A stretch of 64,000 nucleotides of DNA from Eledone cirrhosa (GCA_964016885.1 OZ024747.1:19158001-19222000), one strand, 5' to 3'; shown: positions 27,993 through 42,376, counted from the stretch's first letter. The notes: a model not told the origin generated them from the sequence alone. A program made the numbers and translations.

Positions 27993-29089
27993 TAATAATA
28001 AACATTAAAATCCTAACGCCGTTACTTCACCATTAATACCAGTACAACAATATAATTTATACAAATAGAATCTAGCTGACGCCCAATCGGTAGAAATAAC
28101 TTTTAATGGGAGAAAACGAAAAATAGACAGATCTTTATTATCGGGATGACCTTTGATATGTTTCTTCTAATATTGTATACATAATTTATATTACATAACA
28201 TCAGAGCTTCAATTATCTCCATACTTTTATCACAGGTTCAATGGTATCTCAGCTTTGCTCGGAGTGAATATAGTATATCAACTTTATATAGAGGATAAGG
28301 AATTATTTGCAGCCGACACCTTAAAGCTTTTCAGTAGTTTTACAAATAGGACCACATTTAGAATGTGTCTTCCTACTATATTTCCCATGTTGTTAGTTGA
28401 GACATTATCTGTTCTTTTGATGTTAAGAATAATGGGATAGTATTTAGTGAAGAATGCATTTTATATAGTATGACATACTGCACAGTGCTAATCACCAATC
28501 AATCTGAATAGTGGTAAATCTGATTTTGAGAAGCAGAACTGATTCAGTATCAACGATAAAAACAATACTAACAATAGCATCAAAACAGAAAACCAATCAC
28601 TGACATCAACCCCACTATAAAACAAAGAAACCTATGCAGGGTTATATGACCTGCTCGAAATAGCAGCAACATTTCACTGAAACACACACACACACTCACT
28701 AACGTCTTTAACAATCTTAGTCATATTGGAAAATGTAGTCTGTTTCAGTAAAATACGGGATGGTCATGGATAGAATGTCTTCAATTATAGGTCTACTTGA
28801 TTAGTTGTGACTGGTGGTTGATTAATAACAACAACAACAGCAACAACAAAAAAACACTAATATGGGTCCTGTATACGTTTCATGAGGTAAAAGGCTTGCA
28901 TTTGAAAATTTCCTTTCCAAGGCTCAGCCCTGAATAGTTTTTTCTTTATTTAAGACCAACAGTTGCCCGTGGAGTAAGTACCCCTCTCCACTCCTGTACA
29001 TTTAGGCACCAGTATCACCACAAGCTTTACCGTAAGGACACAAATAGCTGACATCTAGAATGACGCTCTTAAAATTCCAACACCTCATC

Positions 29090-29428
29090 GCGCTGGACTA
29101 GTACTTTATTTATCGACACCGAAAGAATGAAAACTAAATCTGGTCTCGGTGAAAATTGAACTTAGAGTGCAGAGAGCCGGAACAAATATCGCGATACACT
29201 TCCTTTGATACTCTAACGGTTTTGCTAAATTGGCGCCTATAATAATTGTTTCTACTTTTGGCACAAGGCCAGCAATTACCCCAGTATATTACTGGTACTT
29301 TATTTTATCGACCCCGTAAGGATGAAAGACAAAGTTAACCTCGACGGGATTTGAACTCAGATCATAAAGGGCCGTAACTCTATGCTGCAAAGCATGGCGT
29401 CCGACCTTCTACCGATACTGCCAATCCA
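29090..29428 (-). mobile_element. Two adjacent SINE copies (old and young)
   Basis: Family motifs; the young copy at 29240-29428 is flanked by AAATTGGCGCC repeats. Confidence 0.8.
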
Positions 29429-29556
29429 AAGACCTCAAATTGGCGCCAATAATAACATCAATATATTGTTAACATCAACTTAAAATCTCAACGTTAACGA
29501 GAATTTTGTCTGGAGAGTTATGGCTTTTGATTTTATAGATGTGTTTAAACGGGGCC

Positions 29557-30707
29557 AACCTTGAGCTAAACACCAACAACAATACCAATCGTCTAGGAAA
29601 TAAACCTCTGGCTAGGAGTTCAACCTGATAGAAATAGCAACCTTGAGCTAAACACCAACAACAATACCAATCGTCTAGGAAATAAACCTCTGGCTAGGAG
29701 TTCAACCTGATAGAAATAGCAACCTTGAGCTAAACACCAGCAACAATACCAATCGTCTAGGAAATAAACCTCTGGCTAGGAGTTCAACCTGATAGAAATA
29801 GCAACCTTGAGCTAAACACCAACAACAATACCAATCGTCTAGGAAATAAACCTCTGGCTAGGAGTTCAACCTGATAGAAATAGCAACCTTGAGCTAAACA
29901 CCAACAACAATACCAATCGTCTAGGAAATAAACCTCTGGCTAGGAGTTCAACCTGATAGAAATAGCAACCTTGAGCTAAACACCAACAACAATACCAATC
30001 GTCTAGGAAATAAACCTCTGGCTAGGAGTTCAACCTGATAGAAATAGCAACCTTGAGCTAAACACCAGCAACAATACCAATCGTCTAGGAAATAAACCTC
30101 TGGCTAGGAGTTCAACCTGATAGAAATAGCAACCTTGAGCTAAACACCAACAACAATACCAATCGTCTAGGAAATAAACCTCTGGCTAGGAGTTCAACCT
30201 GATAGAAATAGCAACCTTGAGCTAAACACCAGCAACAATACCAATCGTCTAGGAAATAAACCTCTGGCTAGGAGTTCAACCTGATAGAAATAGCAACCTT
30301 GAGCTAAACACCAACAACAATACCAATCGTCTAGGAAATAAACCTCTGGCTAGGAGTTCAACCTGATAGAAATAGCAACCTTGAGCTAAACACCAGCAAC
30401 AATACCAATCGTCTAGGAAATAAACCTCTGGCTAGGAGTTCAACCTGATAGAAATAGCAACCTTGAGCTAAACACCAACAACAATACCAATCGTCTAGGA
30501 AATAAACCTCTGGCTAGGAGTTCAACCTGATAGAAATAGCAACCTTGAGCTAAACACCAGCAACAATACCAATCGTCTAGGAAATAAACCTCTGGCTAGG
30601 AGTTCAACCTGATAGAAATAGCAACCTTGAGCTAAACACCAACAACAATACCAATCGTCTAGGAAATAAACCTCTGGCTAGGAGTTCAACCTGATAGAAA
30701 TAGCAAC
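29557..30707. repeat. 82-bp tandem repeat, 14 near-identical copies
   Basis: AACCTTGAGCTAAACACCA(A/G)CAACAATACCAATCGTCTAGGAAATAAACCTCTGGCTAGGAGTTCAACCTGATAGAAATAGC. Confidence 0.97.
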
Positions 30708-31019
30708 CAAATCTACCTCAAATCACACCTTACAGCGTTTAAGAAAAAAGAAGGGCACACTAGATAGAATATAATGTTCTTCTCGGTCGACCAGGGATAA
30801 CCTGGAGGCAAACAACACAAATGATAACAATGGCACCTTCAAAAATATATAACTAACAACATTACCAAGACCAACAACAACAACATTATCACTAATATTA
30901 TCACGGCCAATATCACCACCAACACCACCAACAACAACAACAACAACAACAACACAAAGAACGACACTAGCAACACCATAAACAAAAAGCAACATCCACA
31001 ACAACACAAACACATTGCC

Positions 31020-32092
31020 CACCACCACCACCACCACCACCACCACCAACAACAACAACATCAACAGCAGCAGCAGCAGCACCACCACCACCACCACCAC
31101 CACCAACAGCAGCAGCAGCAGCAGCAGCAGCACCACCACCACCACCACCATCACCACCACCAACAACAGCAACAGCAACAGCAGCAGCAGCAGCAGCACC
31201 ACCACCACCACCACCAACAACAACAACAGCAACAGCACCACCACCACCAACAACAACAGCAACAGCAGCAGCAGCAGCAGCAGCACTACCACAACCACCA
31301 CCACCAACAACAACAACAGCAGCAGTAGCACCACCACCACTACCACCACCAACAACAACAACAGCAGCAGCAGCAGCAGCATCACCACCACCACCACCAA
31401 CAACAACAGCAACAGCAACAGCAGCAGCAGCACCACCACCACCACCACCACCAACAACAACAGCAACAACACCACCACCAACAACAACAACAGCAACAGC
31501 CGCAGCAGCAGTAGCAGCAGCACCACCACCACCACCACCACCATCAACAACAACAACAACAGCAGCAGCAGCAGCAGCATCACCACCACCACCACCAACA
31601 ACAACAACAGCAACAGCAACAGCAGTAGCAGCAGCAGCACCACCACCACCACCACCAACAACAACAGCAACAGCAGCAGCAGCAGCAGTAGCAGCAGCAG
31701 CAGCACCACCACCACCAACAACAACAACAACAGCAACAGCATCAGCAGCAGCAGCAGCACTACCACCACCACCACCACCATCACTACCACCACCACCACC
31801 AACAACAACAACAGCAGCAGCACTACCACCACCACCACCACCAAAACAACAACAACAGCAACAACAGCAGCAGCAACAACAGCACCACCACCACCACCAA
31901 CAACAACAACAGCAACACCACCACCACCACCACTACCACCACCACCACCAACAACAACAACAGCAACACCACCACCACCACCACTACCACCACCAACAAC
32001 AACAGCAACAACAGCAGCAGCAACAACAGCACCACCACCACCACCGCCAAAACAACAACACCACCACCACCACCACCACCACCACCACCACC

Positions 32093-32124
<32 letters not shown>

Positions 32125-32316
32125 CAACAACAGCAACAACAGCAGCAGCAACAACAGCACCACCACCACCACCGCCAAAACACCACCACCACCACCACCA
32201 CCACCACCACCACCACCATCACCACCACCACCACCACGAACAACAACAACAACAACAACAACAGCAACAACAGCAGCAGCAACAACAACAAGACCACCAC
32301 CACCACCACCACCACG
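31020..32316. repeat. Compound trinucleotide tract (CAC/CAA/CAG)n
   Basis: Alternating blocks of ACC, AAC and AGC repeats over 1.3 kb. Confidence 0.95.
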
Positions 32317-33301
32317 ACTCAGAATGTAAAGAGGCAGAACAAATACCACAATGGCATTTACTCCAATGCTCTACCAGTTCTGCCACTCCACCATCCTAGG
32401 GCTAATATTGCCACTAATAACAATAACAGAAATACCTAACGACTGTCCTTTGCTAAACAATCTCGCCACCCGACATAAATAAACCCCTTCACTGCAAAAG
32501 AATAAAATATATATAAAAAAAGGATGATCTTGTCAAGTTCACTTTTGTGCGAAAATGTCAGCGAGTGTTGCATGGAAGCTAAAATATTAATGAAGAAGAT
32601 AAATGGCGCTGACTACAATCTAATTAGTTGAAAATGAAAATGGCATTTACTAGCGGAAAACAGGAATTCAGGGAATAATTGCCATCAAAAATGTTCATAT
32701 GTCGCACAGGTATTTGGGACGAATTATAGTCAAACAAGAGAACGTGAGTGTCATTTCAATTTGTAATGTTATCAAAGCATTCTTTTACTCGTAAATCCTG
32801 GTGGAGTTGTAAGGCGCCGTAGTGACATACGGCGCTTCTTGGCCATATTACACCATTGCGGAGCCCTTCATTCTCGCTTGTTTTTCCTGAGCGAGGGAGA
32901 GAGAAATAAAGGGAAAGATAGGGAAGATAGAGAGGGAGGGAGAGAGAGGGAGAGAGAGGGAGAGGGGAGAGAGAGGGGGGAGAGAGAGAGGGAGAGAGTA
33001 GATGGAGAGAGGGGAGAGAGAGAGAAAGAAGAGAGTGGAGGGAGAGAGAGGGAGAGAGAGGGAGAGGGGAGAGAGATAGGGAGAGAGAGGGAGAGGGGAG
33101 AGAGAGGGAGAGAGAGAAGAGAGAGAGAGAGAGAGAAAGAAGAGAGAGAGAGAAAGCGGGAGAGAGGAGAAAGAGAGAGAAAGAGAGAGTGGAGGAAGAG
33201 ATAGGGAAGAGAGAGAGAGGGACAGAGAAAGGGAAGAGGGAGAGTTGAGGGAGAGAGAGGGAGAGAGAGAGAAGAGAAGGAGAGAGTGGAGGAGGAGAGA
33301 G

Positions 33302-33335
<34 letters not shown>

Positions 33336-33599
33336 GAGAGAGAGAGGGGAAGAAAGAAATATAGAGAACGAATCGACTTCAGTATTTGACAGTTACTTTT
33401 TTTTATCGACCGCGAAATATGAAAGGCAAATTGACCTGCGCGGAATTCGCGCACAGAGTCGGAACGAATATTGCAAAATATTCTATCCGACGTCGTAACG
33501 ATTCTACCAATGTTACCATAGAATAACAGTAATAAAAGGATCGATCGACTTTTGTCAAATCGGACCGAGGAAACAATGTTTCCGTTGGTCTTTCCAGTT

Positions 33600-33752
33600 G
33601 CTAGTATTATCTATCGGTCGCAACTCCAGGTAGAAGGAGCAACATGAAATAAAGTGGCTTGCTCAAGGACATAACGCATCGCCCGGTCCAGGAATCGAAC
33701 TTACAACCTCAAGATTGTGAATCCAATTCTCTAACCACTCAGCCACACGCCT
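33600..33752 (-). mobile_element. Second tRNA-derived SINE family (head)
   Basis: Reverse complement GGCGTGTGGCTGAGTGGTTAGA...AGTTCGATTCC...GTCCTTGAGCAAGCCACTT (A box, B box, post-tRNA motif). Confidence 0.75.
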
Positions 33753-34669
33753 TCACATATAACAGTAATATATACCAGTAAACTGGTTCAACAATCTTAC
33801 TTTTGAATAGCTCCAACTCAGTCTTTATCCAACAGACCTACGATGAAAGTTATTCCATTAGTTAGAATGAATTCCATTAGTTAGAATGTATTAAAACCTA
33901 CATTGTCTAATGCGCCCCATTTAGGGTTGATAAAAAGTACCAGAATAGTACTAGGGGTCGATTCTTCCTCTATATCTCTTTCTCATTTCCTTTCTTCCAC
34001 TCTCTGGAAGAAATCTACTGTATTAAGACCTAGAAAGGAGATGGGCTCCGTCAGGTTTAAAAAAATGCCCTAGAAATGCTGTGTCAGTATGGTGTTCTGA
34101 CGATTCCTTCAAGAGTTACGGATCCATCCATCATAAGCTTTCAATTTAGATAGATTTGACTGTTCGTTCTATCAATATATCTGTTGGTGTTACTGTTGTT
34201 GATAGTAACAGTAGTAGTGTTGCTCTTTTAGGTTCATACAAACATCAATGTGGAAATATATAATTGCTGACGATTCTTTGCCACTCATTGCTCCTAGGAA
34301 CTAGAGAAATTTATGATAAATATTGCTTTGCAATAAAAAAAAATCAGTATAAAAAACTAAAACCATACATATAATATGATAAATGATATTCCATGAAGTG
34401 ATAGCATATATAATATTTATAATATTCCATTGCACGTATTTGGTATGACGTATTTCTTGTATTGAAAACAGGAGAAAACAGATTTCACATAAACTAAGTA
34501 AATATGATAAATGAAGGAAATATAGTGTTATGATACTGAACTAGCAGTTGTAACTTATTTCGGATTTTTATACCATATATTAGGTGGCGAATTGTCAAGT
34601 CGTTAGACCATAGGACAGAATGCTTTGCGATATTCGTTCCGACCCTCAGCGCTGTGAGTTCAAATATGT

Positions 34670-34810
34670 AGGTTCCTGAGGGGCTAACCACAGTTAAAAG
34701 GGTACTCAATATGTTGGTAAAGTATAGGCATCTTCATTATATATAGAAATCTTTTCTACTGGAATAGAACAGTTTCATTCGTATGAAACAGTTCTAGTCC
34801 CCTAGAAATC
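34670..34810. mobile_element. Short fold-back remnant of the 54641-55298 family
   Basis: TAGAACAGTTTCAT-TCGT-ATGAAACAGTTCTA hairpin; AACCACAGT..GGTACTCAATA is the reverse complement of the family 3' end. Confidence 0.65.
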
Positions 34811-34844
34811 ATTTCTAAATAAAATAAAGAGACACACACACACG

Positions 34845-34911
<67 letters not shown>

Positions 34912-34923
34912 GCACACACACAC

Positions 34924-34960
<37 letters not shown>

Positions 34961-35656
34961 TACACACACACATATATATATATATATATTTATACATATA
35001 CATTCATGTACATACATGTGAAGTTACGGCTCCATACATGCATATTCAGCTGACGCTGTACACTATTACTTAAACTTCACGCGTACTATATCGTCTGCTA
35101 CAATGAAATGATCTTTTACGCAAGATGACGTCAAGGTCTTACTTAGAAAATACTGTTGCTGAAAACGTGATTTGCTACTCAACTGCAACTGAAAGAAATT
35201 ATTTTACCTGTGCAAAGTCAACTTTATTTGACACGATGTCGAAATTCTACAAAACTATAATCACTCACCTACTATTTCATCTGGTCATAGCTTTTACATT
35301 TTCAATTTGATTATTTTCCTATGACAATTCCAAATTTCAAAGTTAATTATTCCCTTAAACTAAACATCAGTATGCACAACATTTTCTTCACAGGTTTTGG
35401 TAATATGTAATTACGCCATTTGGATGTCACTAGTATGCTATTATGCTTTGCTATTACAATTAATCGACTGACTGTGTCTTAAGACTTTCAAACTCTAAGT
35501 AGCAACCCAGATAGCGTCAGTTAAACACATTACAAATATATAATACAATACGTAATCGTTAAGTTTTCTCCCTTTTATTATAACCAAACGTGCGTATGTA
35601 TGTATGTATGTATGTATGTATGTATGTATGTATGTATGTATGTATGTATGTATGGT

Positions 35657-36262
35657 CAGGTCACCAGTTGGTGCTACTGGTAACATGTATCCCAGTACAA
35701 CCTGTCTCATGGTCGAGTCGTTGGCGACTAAACTGGCAACCCCACCAAGGTTTCTTGGTGAGTAGGGTGACTTTGGACATCCTGCAGGACTAAAAACAAA
35801 ACCTGTCAAAGGGCAAAGGAGCTCTTAAGAGTCAATGGCCATCCAAAATCACCGGGAGAGATGACCCCTTAGCCTTTGTCAAGGCAGAATTCTAGGAAAA
35901 GGAAAACTCTGATATAACACCTGCAACCCTGATGGTATCCAATGATGTTGACTTGTTCTTCTTTTTGGTAAATATCATCTTGGTTAAGAGAGTGGGACTG
36001 GCTTTGTGCAGTGCCTTTGCTCACTATAAAAGCTTCACGGCACAGGCATTGCTTTATATCTGGAGATCTCTCTGCACTTGTCACATGGTACCATGGGCCC
36101 AGCAGTATGTGTCAATAATTGTCACAAGTGTAGTGTTTGTACCAGAGTTTTCAAGTCGCTGGCTGGACTAAAAAGTCACACTCGTTCAGGTCATCGGTAG
36201 GGGTTCTCCTACATGGATATAAAGTAGTGGCCGTACTCGAAAACGAGTTGGCAGCCACCATG
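35657..36262 (+). mobile_element. RTE-derived non-autonomous retroelement in (GTAT)n
   Basis: Highly similar to 19865-20470 over its whole length. Confidence 0.8.
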
Positions 36263-36411
36263 TATGTATGTATGTATGTATGTATGTATGTATGTATGTA
36301 TGTATGTATGTATGTATGTATGTATGTATGTATGCATGTATGTATGTATGCATGTATGTATGTATGTATGTATGTGTGTATGTATGTATGTATGTGTCTA
36401 TGTGTGTGTGT

Positions 36412-36912
36412 AAACCAGTACAACCTGTCTCATGGTCGGGTGGTCGGTGACTAAACTGGCAACCTCACCAAGCTTGCTTGGTGAAGAGGGTGGTATTTGG
36501 ACACCCTGCGGGGCGGGATGAAATACAAGACCCGGCAAAGGGCGGAGAAACTCAGCAGAGGCAACGGCCATCCAAATAGTAGTTTTAAAAATGTTTTTCA
36601 CCTGAGAGGGAAACGCCCCCACCTGTTGTCACAATACCTTTCTAAGTGAGAGAAATTCTGAGAAAAAAAGCTGCTACTTCGGAAACATCCGATGATGTTG
36701 ACCAGTTCTCCTTTTCGGGAAGTGTTTACGATGTTCAAAGAGTGGGATTGGTCGAGTACAAGACGTTTCATCAATTAAAAAACCTTCAAAGCACAGGCAT
36801 TGCTTGTTCAGGATCTGTTACAGGTTTGTGTGGCTGGCCGTAGTCTAAAAGAGCACCAAACTCTATAATCTGACAAGCGATTGCAATATTCTTAGCAGAG
36901 TTTGCAGCCATC

Positions 36913-36913
<1 letters not shown>
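36412..36913 (+). mobile_element. Related RTE-derived subfamily copy
   Basis: Shares the 5' block CCAGTACAACCTGTCTCATGGTCGGG...GACTAAACTGGCAACC and the GCAGCCATCAT + (GTAT)n end. Confidence 0.7.
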
Positions 36914-36945
<32 letters not shown>

Positions 36946-37141
36946 TGTATGTATGTATGTTTTTTCTCTTTCTCTTAATTTCGAGTATATTTTTTTGACC
37001 GGCCACCTTCCTGGTGGCAAGGTTGTAAAAGAAAAGAAATTGTCATCCCTTGAATCGCAAGAATGTTTTGCATATTTTGAAGGTGCCAGCTATCGCAGCC
37101 ATTTGTAGACTATGAATTAGGGAGCTGCGCTTTTTGTCCGC

Positions 37142-37172
<31 letters not shown>

Positions 37173-37383
37173 TGTATGTATGTATGTATGTATGTATGTA
37201 TGTATGCATGTATGTATGTATGTATGTATGTATGTATGTATGTATGTATGTATGTTTGTATGTATGTATGTATGTATGTATGTATGTATGTATGTATGTA
37301 TGTATGTATGTATGTTTGTATGTATGTATGTATGTATGTATGTATGTATGTATGTATGTACGTATGTATGTATGTATGTATGA

Positions 37384-37760
37384 TTCCCAGCGATATGGTT
37401 ATAAAGATAAAGAATTTTTATCGTCTCAATTCAAATGTTCTTCCTTTGAACTTTCCAGATATCGTGACCATTTGTAGCCTATGAACTAATGAGTTGAATC
37501 CAAGTTCATTTATACTTTGATCCAGGAAAGCTGGTATATATCCTGCAGATCCAATAATAATTAATATGAAACAGAACGTGTATTTGGGGTATTTGGTCTG
37601 TAAACTTCTCATCAATGGATCCCTTCTCTTGTATCTTTCTTAATCTATTGGCATCGTCTGGACAGATGGCTTCTACAGTAGAGCTTGTTTTAAGTCTGCG
37701 ATCCTCAATAACAATATCAAGCAGTTTTGTGTTTTAATTTGGTGACGATTTATATTTTTA
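37384..37760 (-). pseudogene. Second R4/Dong-like RLE endonuclease remnant
   Basis: KLLDIVIEDRRLKTSSTVEAICPDDAN..KIQEK and LMRSLQTKYPKYTFCFILIIIGSAGY are homologous to the 13373-13800 remnant. Confidence 0.7.
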
Positions 37761-37938
37761 GGTTCCAGTAATATTCATTTGAGTCACCATTTTGCTGTGT
37801 GTGTGTGCGTGTGTGTGTGTGTGTGTGTGCGCGTGTGTGTAATTGTTATTTTGCTTTGAAATGTGACTGTATTTCAAACGAAAACATCAACACAAACTCA
37901 CTCACACACTCACACACTCACACACACACGCGCTCGCG

Positions 37939-38066
<128 letters not shown>

Positions 38067-38369
38067 ACACGCACACCCACACTCACACTCACACACGCAT
38101 ATACATATGATATATTTGTCTACTTTCAATAATTCTATATATAAAATATAAATATAATATAAATATAATGATTTGTAATTTATGCAAAAGGCCAGCGAAT
38201 GTTTGGGTAAGGGCATCTTTGTTTAAATCAACCCATCATGGAAGGGTGAAAAGTAACGTTGGTAGTTGTCTTCATCAAAGCAAATTTGAAAGAACCAAAG
38301 CAAATATTGCAATGATATCATTTACAATGTTCCACCAATTCTGCCAATCCTCTCCTTGTATTCTCTGTT

Positions 38370-38750
38370 ATAATAATTGTTTCTACTTTTGGCACAAGGT
38401 CAGCAATTATCCCAGTGCATCCCGTAAGGATGATAGGCAAAGTTAAACTCGGCGGGATTTGAACTCAGAACGTAAAGGGCCATAACTCTATGCTGCAAAG
38501 CATGGTGTCTGACGCCCTACCGATACTACCAATCCACCGCCTTTCTCTGTTATAATAATTGTTTCTACTTTTGGCACAAGGCCAGCAATTATGCCATTAT
38601 ACATTACTGGTATTTCATTTTATCGACCCCGTAAAGATGAAAAGCGAAGTTAACATCGGTGGGATTTGAAATCAGAACGTAAAGGGATATAACTCTATGC
38701 TGCTAAGCATGGTGTTTGACGCCCTACCGATACTGCCAATCCACCGCCTT
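38370..38750 (-). mobile_element. Tandem pair of SINEs
   Basis: Two family copies, each bounded by TTCTCTGTTATAATAAT. Confidence 0.88.
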
Positions 38751-39138
38751 TCTCTGTTATAATAATATATTCTCATTTCATACAGATATTCACTGTCATC
38801 TACCACATTTAATATCATATTCTACATATTCTATATTCCTGTTATTTACATATACTCATATTTTTTCTAGATTTATTCTATATTAACCAAAATATATATT
38901 TCCTATATATATATATATATTTCGTTTCTGAATTTGTTTAGCAAGATTCTTTATCTGAAAACGTGTGTTGAAACCGATATTGTTATACTTTGGGAGGGTC
39001 ATGTTGCCAATAAGAAACACATGCACCAGTTGCTTTCACTTCAATTTATTATAATACATTTATAAATTTAGGAATTTATAAATTTATAAATTTCCGGTTG
39101 GTTGGTTGGTTCCACAACCAGATGATTGTTTATATATT

Positions 39139-39181
39139 GTCAAAGTTCTTTCGTCACACATTCTGTGACCTCTTCAGTGAC
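39139..39181 (-). ncRNA. Type I hammerhead motif in a TA-flanked element (~38920-39397)
   Basis: Reverse complement reads GTCA CTGAAGA G GTCACA-GAATG-TGTGAC GAAA GAAC TT TGAC. Confidence 0.7.
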
Positions 39182-39398
39182 TGGGGATTCTTTTCTTTGT
39201 TTTTGTGCCTCTCCTTTGTTCTGTCCTACGCCATATTGTTTTTGTGTGTGTGTTGTGTGCTTAGTTTGCGCATGTGTTACATCCTAGTGTCTGTGTCACA
39301 CAGACACCCGGATGTAACACATCAGCAAACTCTTTATACTTTCACTCGTGTAAGACACCTCGGTTATTTTTCATTTTGTAAAAAAACCTCACTTACTA

Positions 39399-39483
<85 letters not shown>

Positions 39484-39486
39484 TAC

Positions 39487-39561
<75 letters not shown>

Positions 39562-39566
39562 CATAT

Positions 39567-39705
<139 letters not shown>

Positions 39706-39923
39706 AGATATTTTCGAATTCTAATTTCTTCGTTTTGTATATTTCTTTCCTATTTTGTTATCAAAAATAATTTTTTTATCATTTCCCATTCTCAGAATGA
39801 ATATAAATGGTTACGTGTATTTTAAATTCATATTATTCAATATCTTTAGCAGTGATATGTTATTTATATGCTTATTCTTTTATTTTCAACTATTAACTAT
39901 AAGATTGCAGCATTATTATTTCT

Positions 39924-41062
39924 TGGATTGGCAGTATCAGTAGAGGGTAGGATGCCATGCTTTGACGCATAGAGTTACAGCCCTTGCCATTCTGAGTTCA
40001 AATCCCGCCGAGGTTAACTTTGCCTTTCATCCTTACGGGGCCGATAAAATAAAGTACCAGTAATACACTGGGTAATTGCTGGCCTTGTGCCAAAAGTAGA
40101 AACAATTATTATTTCTTGTTTTCGGGCGGTGGATTGGCAGTATCGATAGAGAGTCGGGCGCCATGCTTTCTAGCATAGTTACGTCCCTTTTTGATCTGAG
40201 TTCAAATCCCGCCGAGGTTAACTTTGCTTTTCATCCTTACGGGGTCGATAAAATAAAGTACCAGTAATGCTCTGGGTGATTGCTGGCCTTGTGCCTAAAA
40301 TAGAAACAATTATTATTTCTTGGTTTCATTGGAGGAAAGCGGCGGAATACAAAATATTTATGTGAAGTATGGCTTCAATTATTGTCCTTATTATTGTCAA
40401 GGGTTTAGGGTATATGGATTGGCAGTATTGGTAGGGCGTCGCACAACATGCTTTGCAGCATAGAGTTACGGCTCTTTACGGTCTGAGTTCAAATCCCGCT
40501 ATGGCTAGCTTTGCCTTTCATCCTTACGGGGGTCGATAAAATAAAGCACCACCCACTCACTGGGGTTGATTTAATCGACTTTCCCCCTCCCCCAAATTGC
40601 TGGCCTTGTGCCTATATAAGAAACCATTATTATTGTCAAGGCTGGTGAATTGGCAGCATCGGTAGAGTGTCGGACACCATGCTTTGTGGCATAGAGTTAC
40701 GAGCCTTTACGGTCTGAGTTCAAATCCCGCCGAGGTTAGCTTTGCCTTTCATCCTTACGGGGTCGATAAAATAAAGTACCAGTAACGTACTGGAGTCAAT
40801 TTAATCGACTTCCCCCTTCAAAAATATTATTGGCCTTGTGCCTAATTCAGAAGGGCGGTGGATTGACAGTAGAGCATTGGACACCATGCTTTGCGGTATA
40901 GAGTTGCCGCCCTTTACGTTCTGAGCTCAGATCCCGCCGAGGTTAGCTTTGTCTTTCATCGTTACGGGGGGGGGGGTCGATAAACGTCCTGGGGTCGATT
41001 TAATCAACTTTCCACTCCCCCCCAAAATTGTTGGCCTCATACCTAAATCAGAAACCATTATC
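39924..41062 (+). mobile_element. Cluster of five co-oriented SINEs
   Basis: Copies at ~39924-40108, 40124-40312, 40415-40630, 40640-40850 and 40853-41060, with nested TSDs (ATTATTATTTCTTG; ATTATTGTCAAGG). Confidence 0.9.
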
Positions 41063-42129
41063 GTCATTATTGTAGTCAATGTTGTAGCGGTTGTTATTGT
41101 TACTACTGCTACAATATTGACTTTCGATTGAGGCAAAAAGCCAGCAGATTTGGTAGAAGAGAAAGTCGATTAAATTAACCCCAGTACGACTCCAGAAGGA
41201 TGAAAGGCAAAATTGACTTCAGCAGACTTTAAACTCACACTGATAAGAAACAGAATGCCGCCATGTTATTTTATTCAACGCTCAACTAATTCTGCCATCC
41301 ACCACCCTTTTATGGTTACAATACAATATAAACACTATGTATTTCATTAGAAATATGATAATAAAAGGTTTAAACCACTGCTAATTAAGAAGCTTGTAAT
41401 CACATGTATACTCGATAGAGTATAGACAATGAACACAACCACAGGGATATGGTCCGAACGTGGAAGAGCCGAACCACCACTGTCATCGCCTCCATCTCTC
41501 TCGCCCTCCCCATCTCTCTATATGGTGAGCAAATGGGGTCCCACATGCTGTCCTCCCCACAGCCCCGGCGGACAGAATGGAGAAGGCAAGGATTTTTAAT
41601 TCCATGTATATATTTTTCACGCTATTCCATTTATTTTGTTATTATTTTTGTTGTTGTTTTTGTTGTTGTTACTGTTGTTGGTATTGTGGTTGGATTCATT
41701 GTTTTTGTTTCAGGTATTATATTTTTTAATGTGATTGAGAAAATGGTCTTAAGGTAATGTGATACGAATGTTGTTCATTGAGTTTTTCTATATCAACCGG
41801 TTTTAGTATTTTCCAAAGAAAGAAGAACAAATTAATCATTATGTATATTTCGTACAATGTAAAATTATATTTGGTGATATATATATATATAATATATATA
41901 TATATAATATATATATATACACACATATATATATAATATATATAATATATATAATATATATATATATAATATATATATATATATAATATATATATATATA
42001 ATATATATATATACATATATATATATAATATATATAATATATATATATAATATATATAATATATATATATAATATATATACATAATATAATATATTAACA
42101 AATGGAAACTATATTTATAAAACCATATT

Positions 42130-42194
42130 TATTTCATTATACATATTTCAGGGACACCAAAGCAAATTATGGTGCGCTTTCATCAGATAAAATA
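42130..42194 (-). ncRNA. Type I hammerhead ribozyme motif
   Basis: Reverse complement reads TATTTTAT CTGATGA AAGCGCACC...GGTGTCCCT GAAA TATGTA TA ATGAAATA. Confidence 0.78.
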
Positions 42195-42376
42195 TAATAT
42201 AGATCAGTTTTATAAACAAATATTGACATACCCTTAGAGAATGCGACCATGTCGGTTGGAAGCTCCCGGAGCTTCCAACCGACATGGTGAAGTTTTAAAT
42301 AGTGAAGTTTTAAATCAACATTGATTTAAAACTTCACTATTCACAAGTGTTTTTTAACCTTCATATCATGTATCCC

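Noticed and set aside
30723-32439. 530-aa and 474-aa ORFs (poly-V/L; poly-T/N/S/Q/H)
   Set aside because: Stop-free trinucleotide repeat open on both strands, with no complex domain or splice evidence; a low-complexity exon cannot be strictly excluded
32740-32895. Possible host exon downstream of a minus-strand pyrimidine tract
   Set aside because: No recognisable protein and no convincing splice pair; the tract is a CT microsatellite
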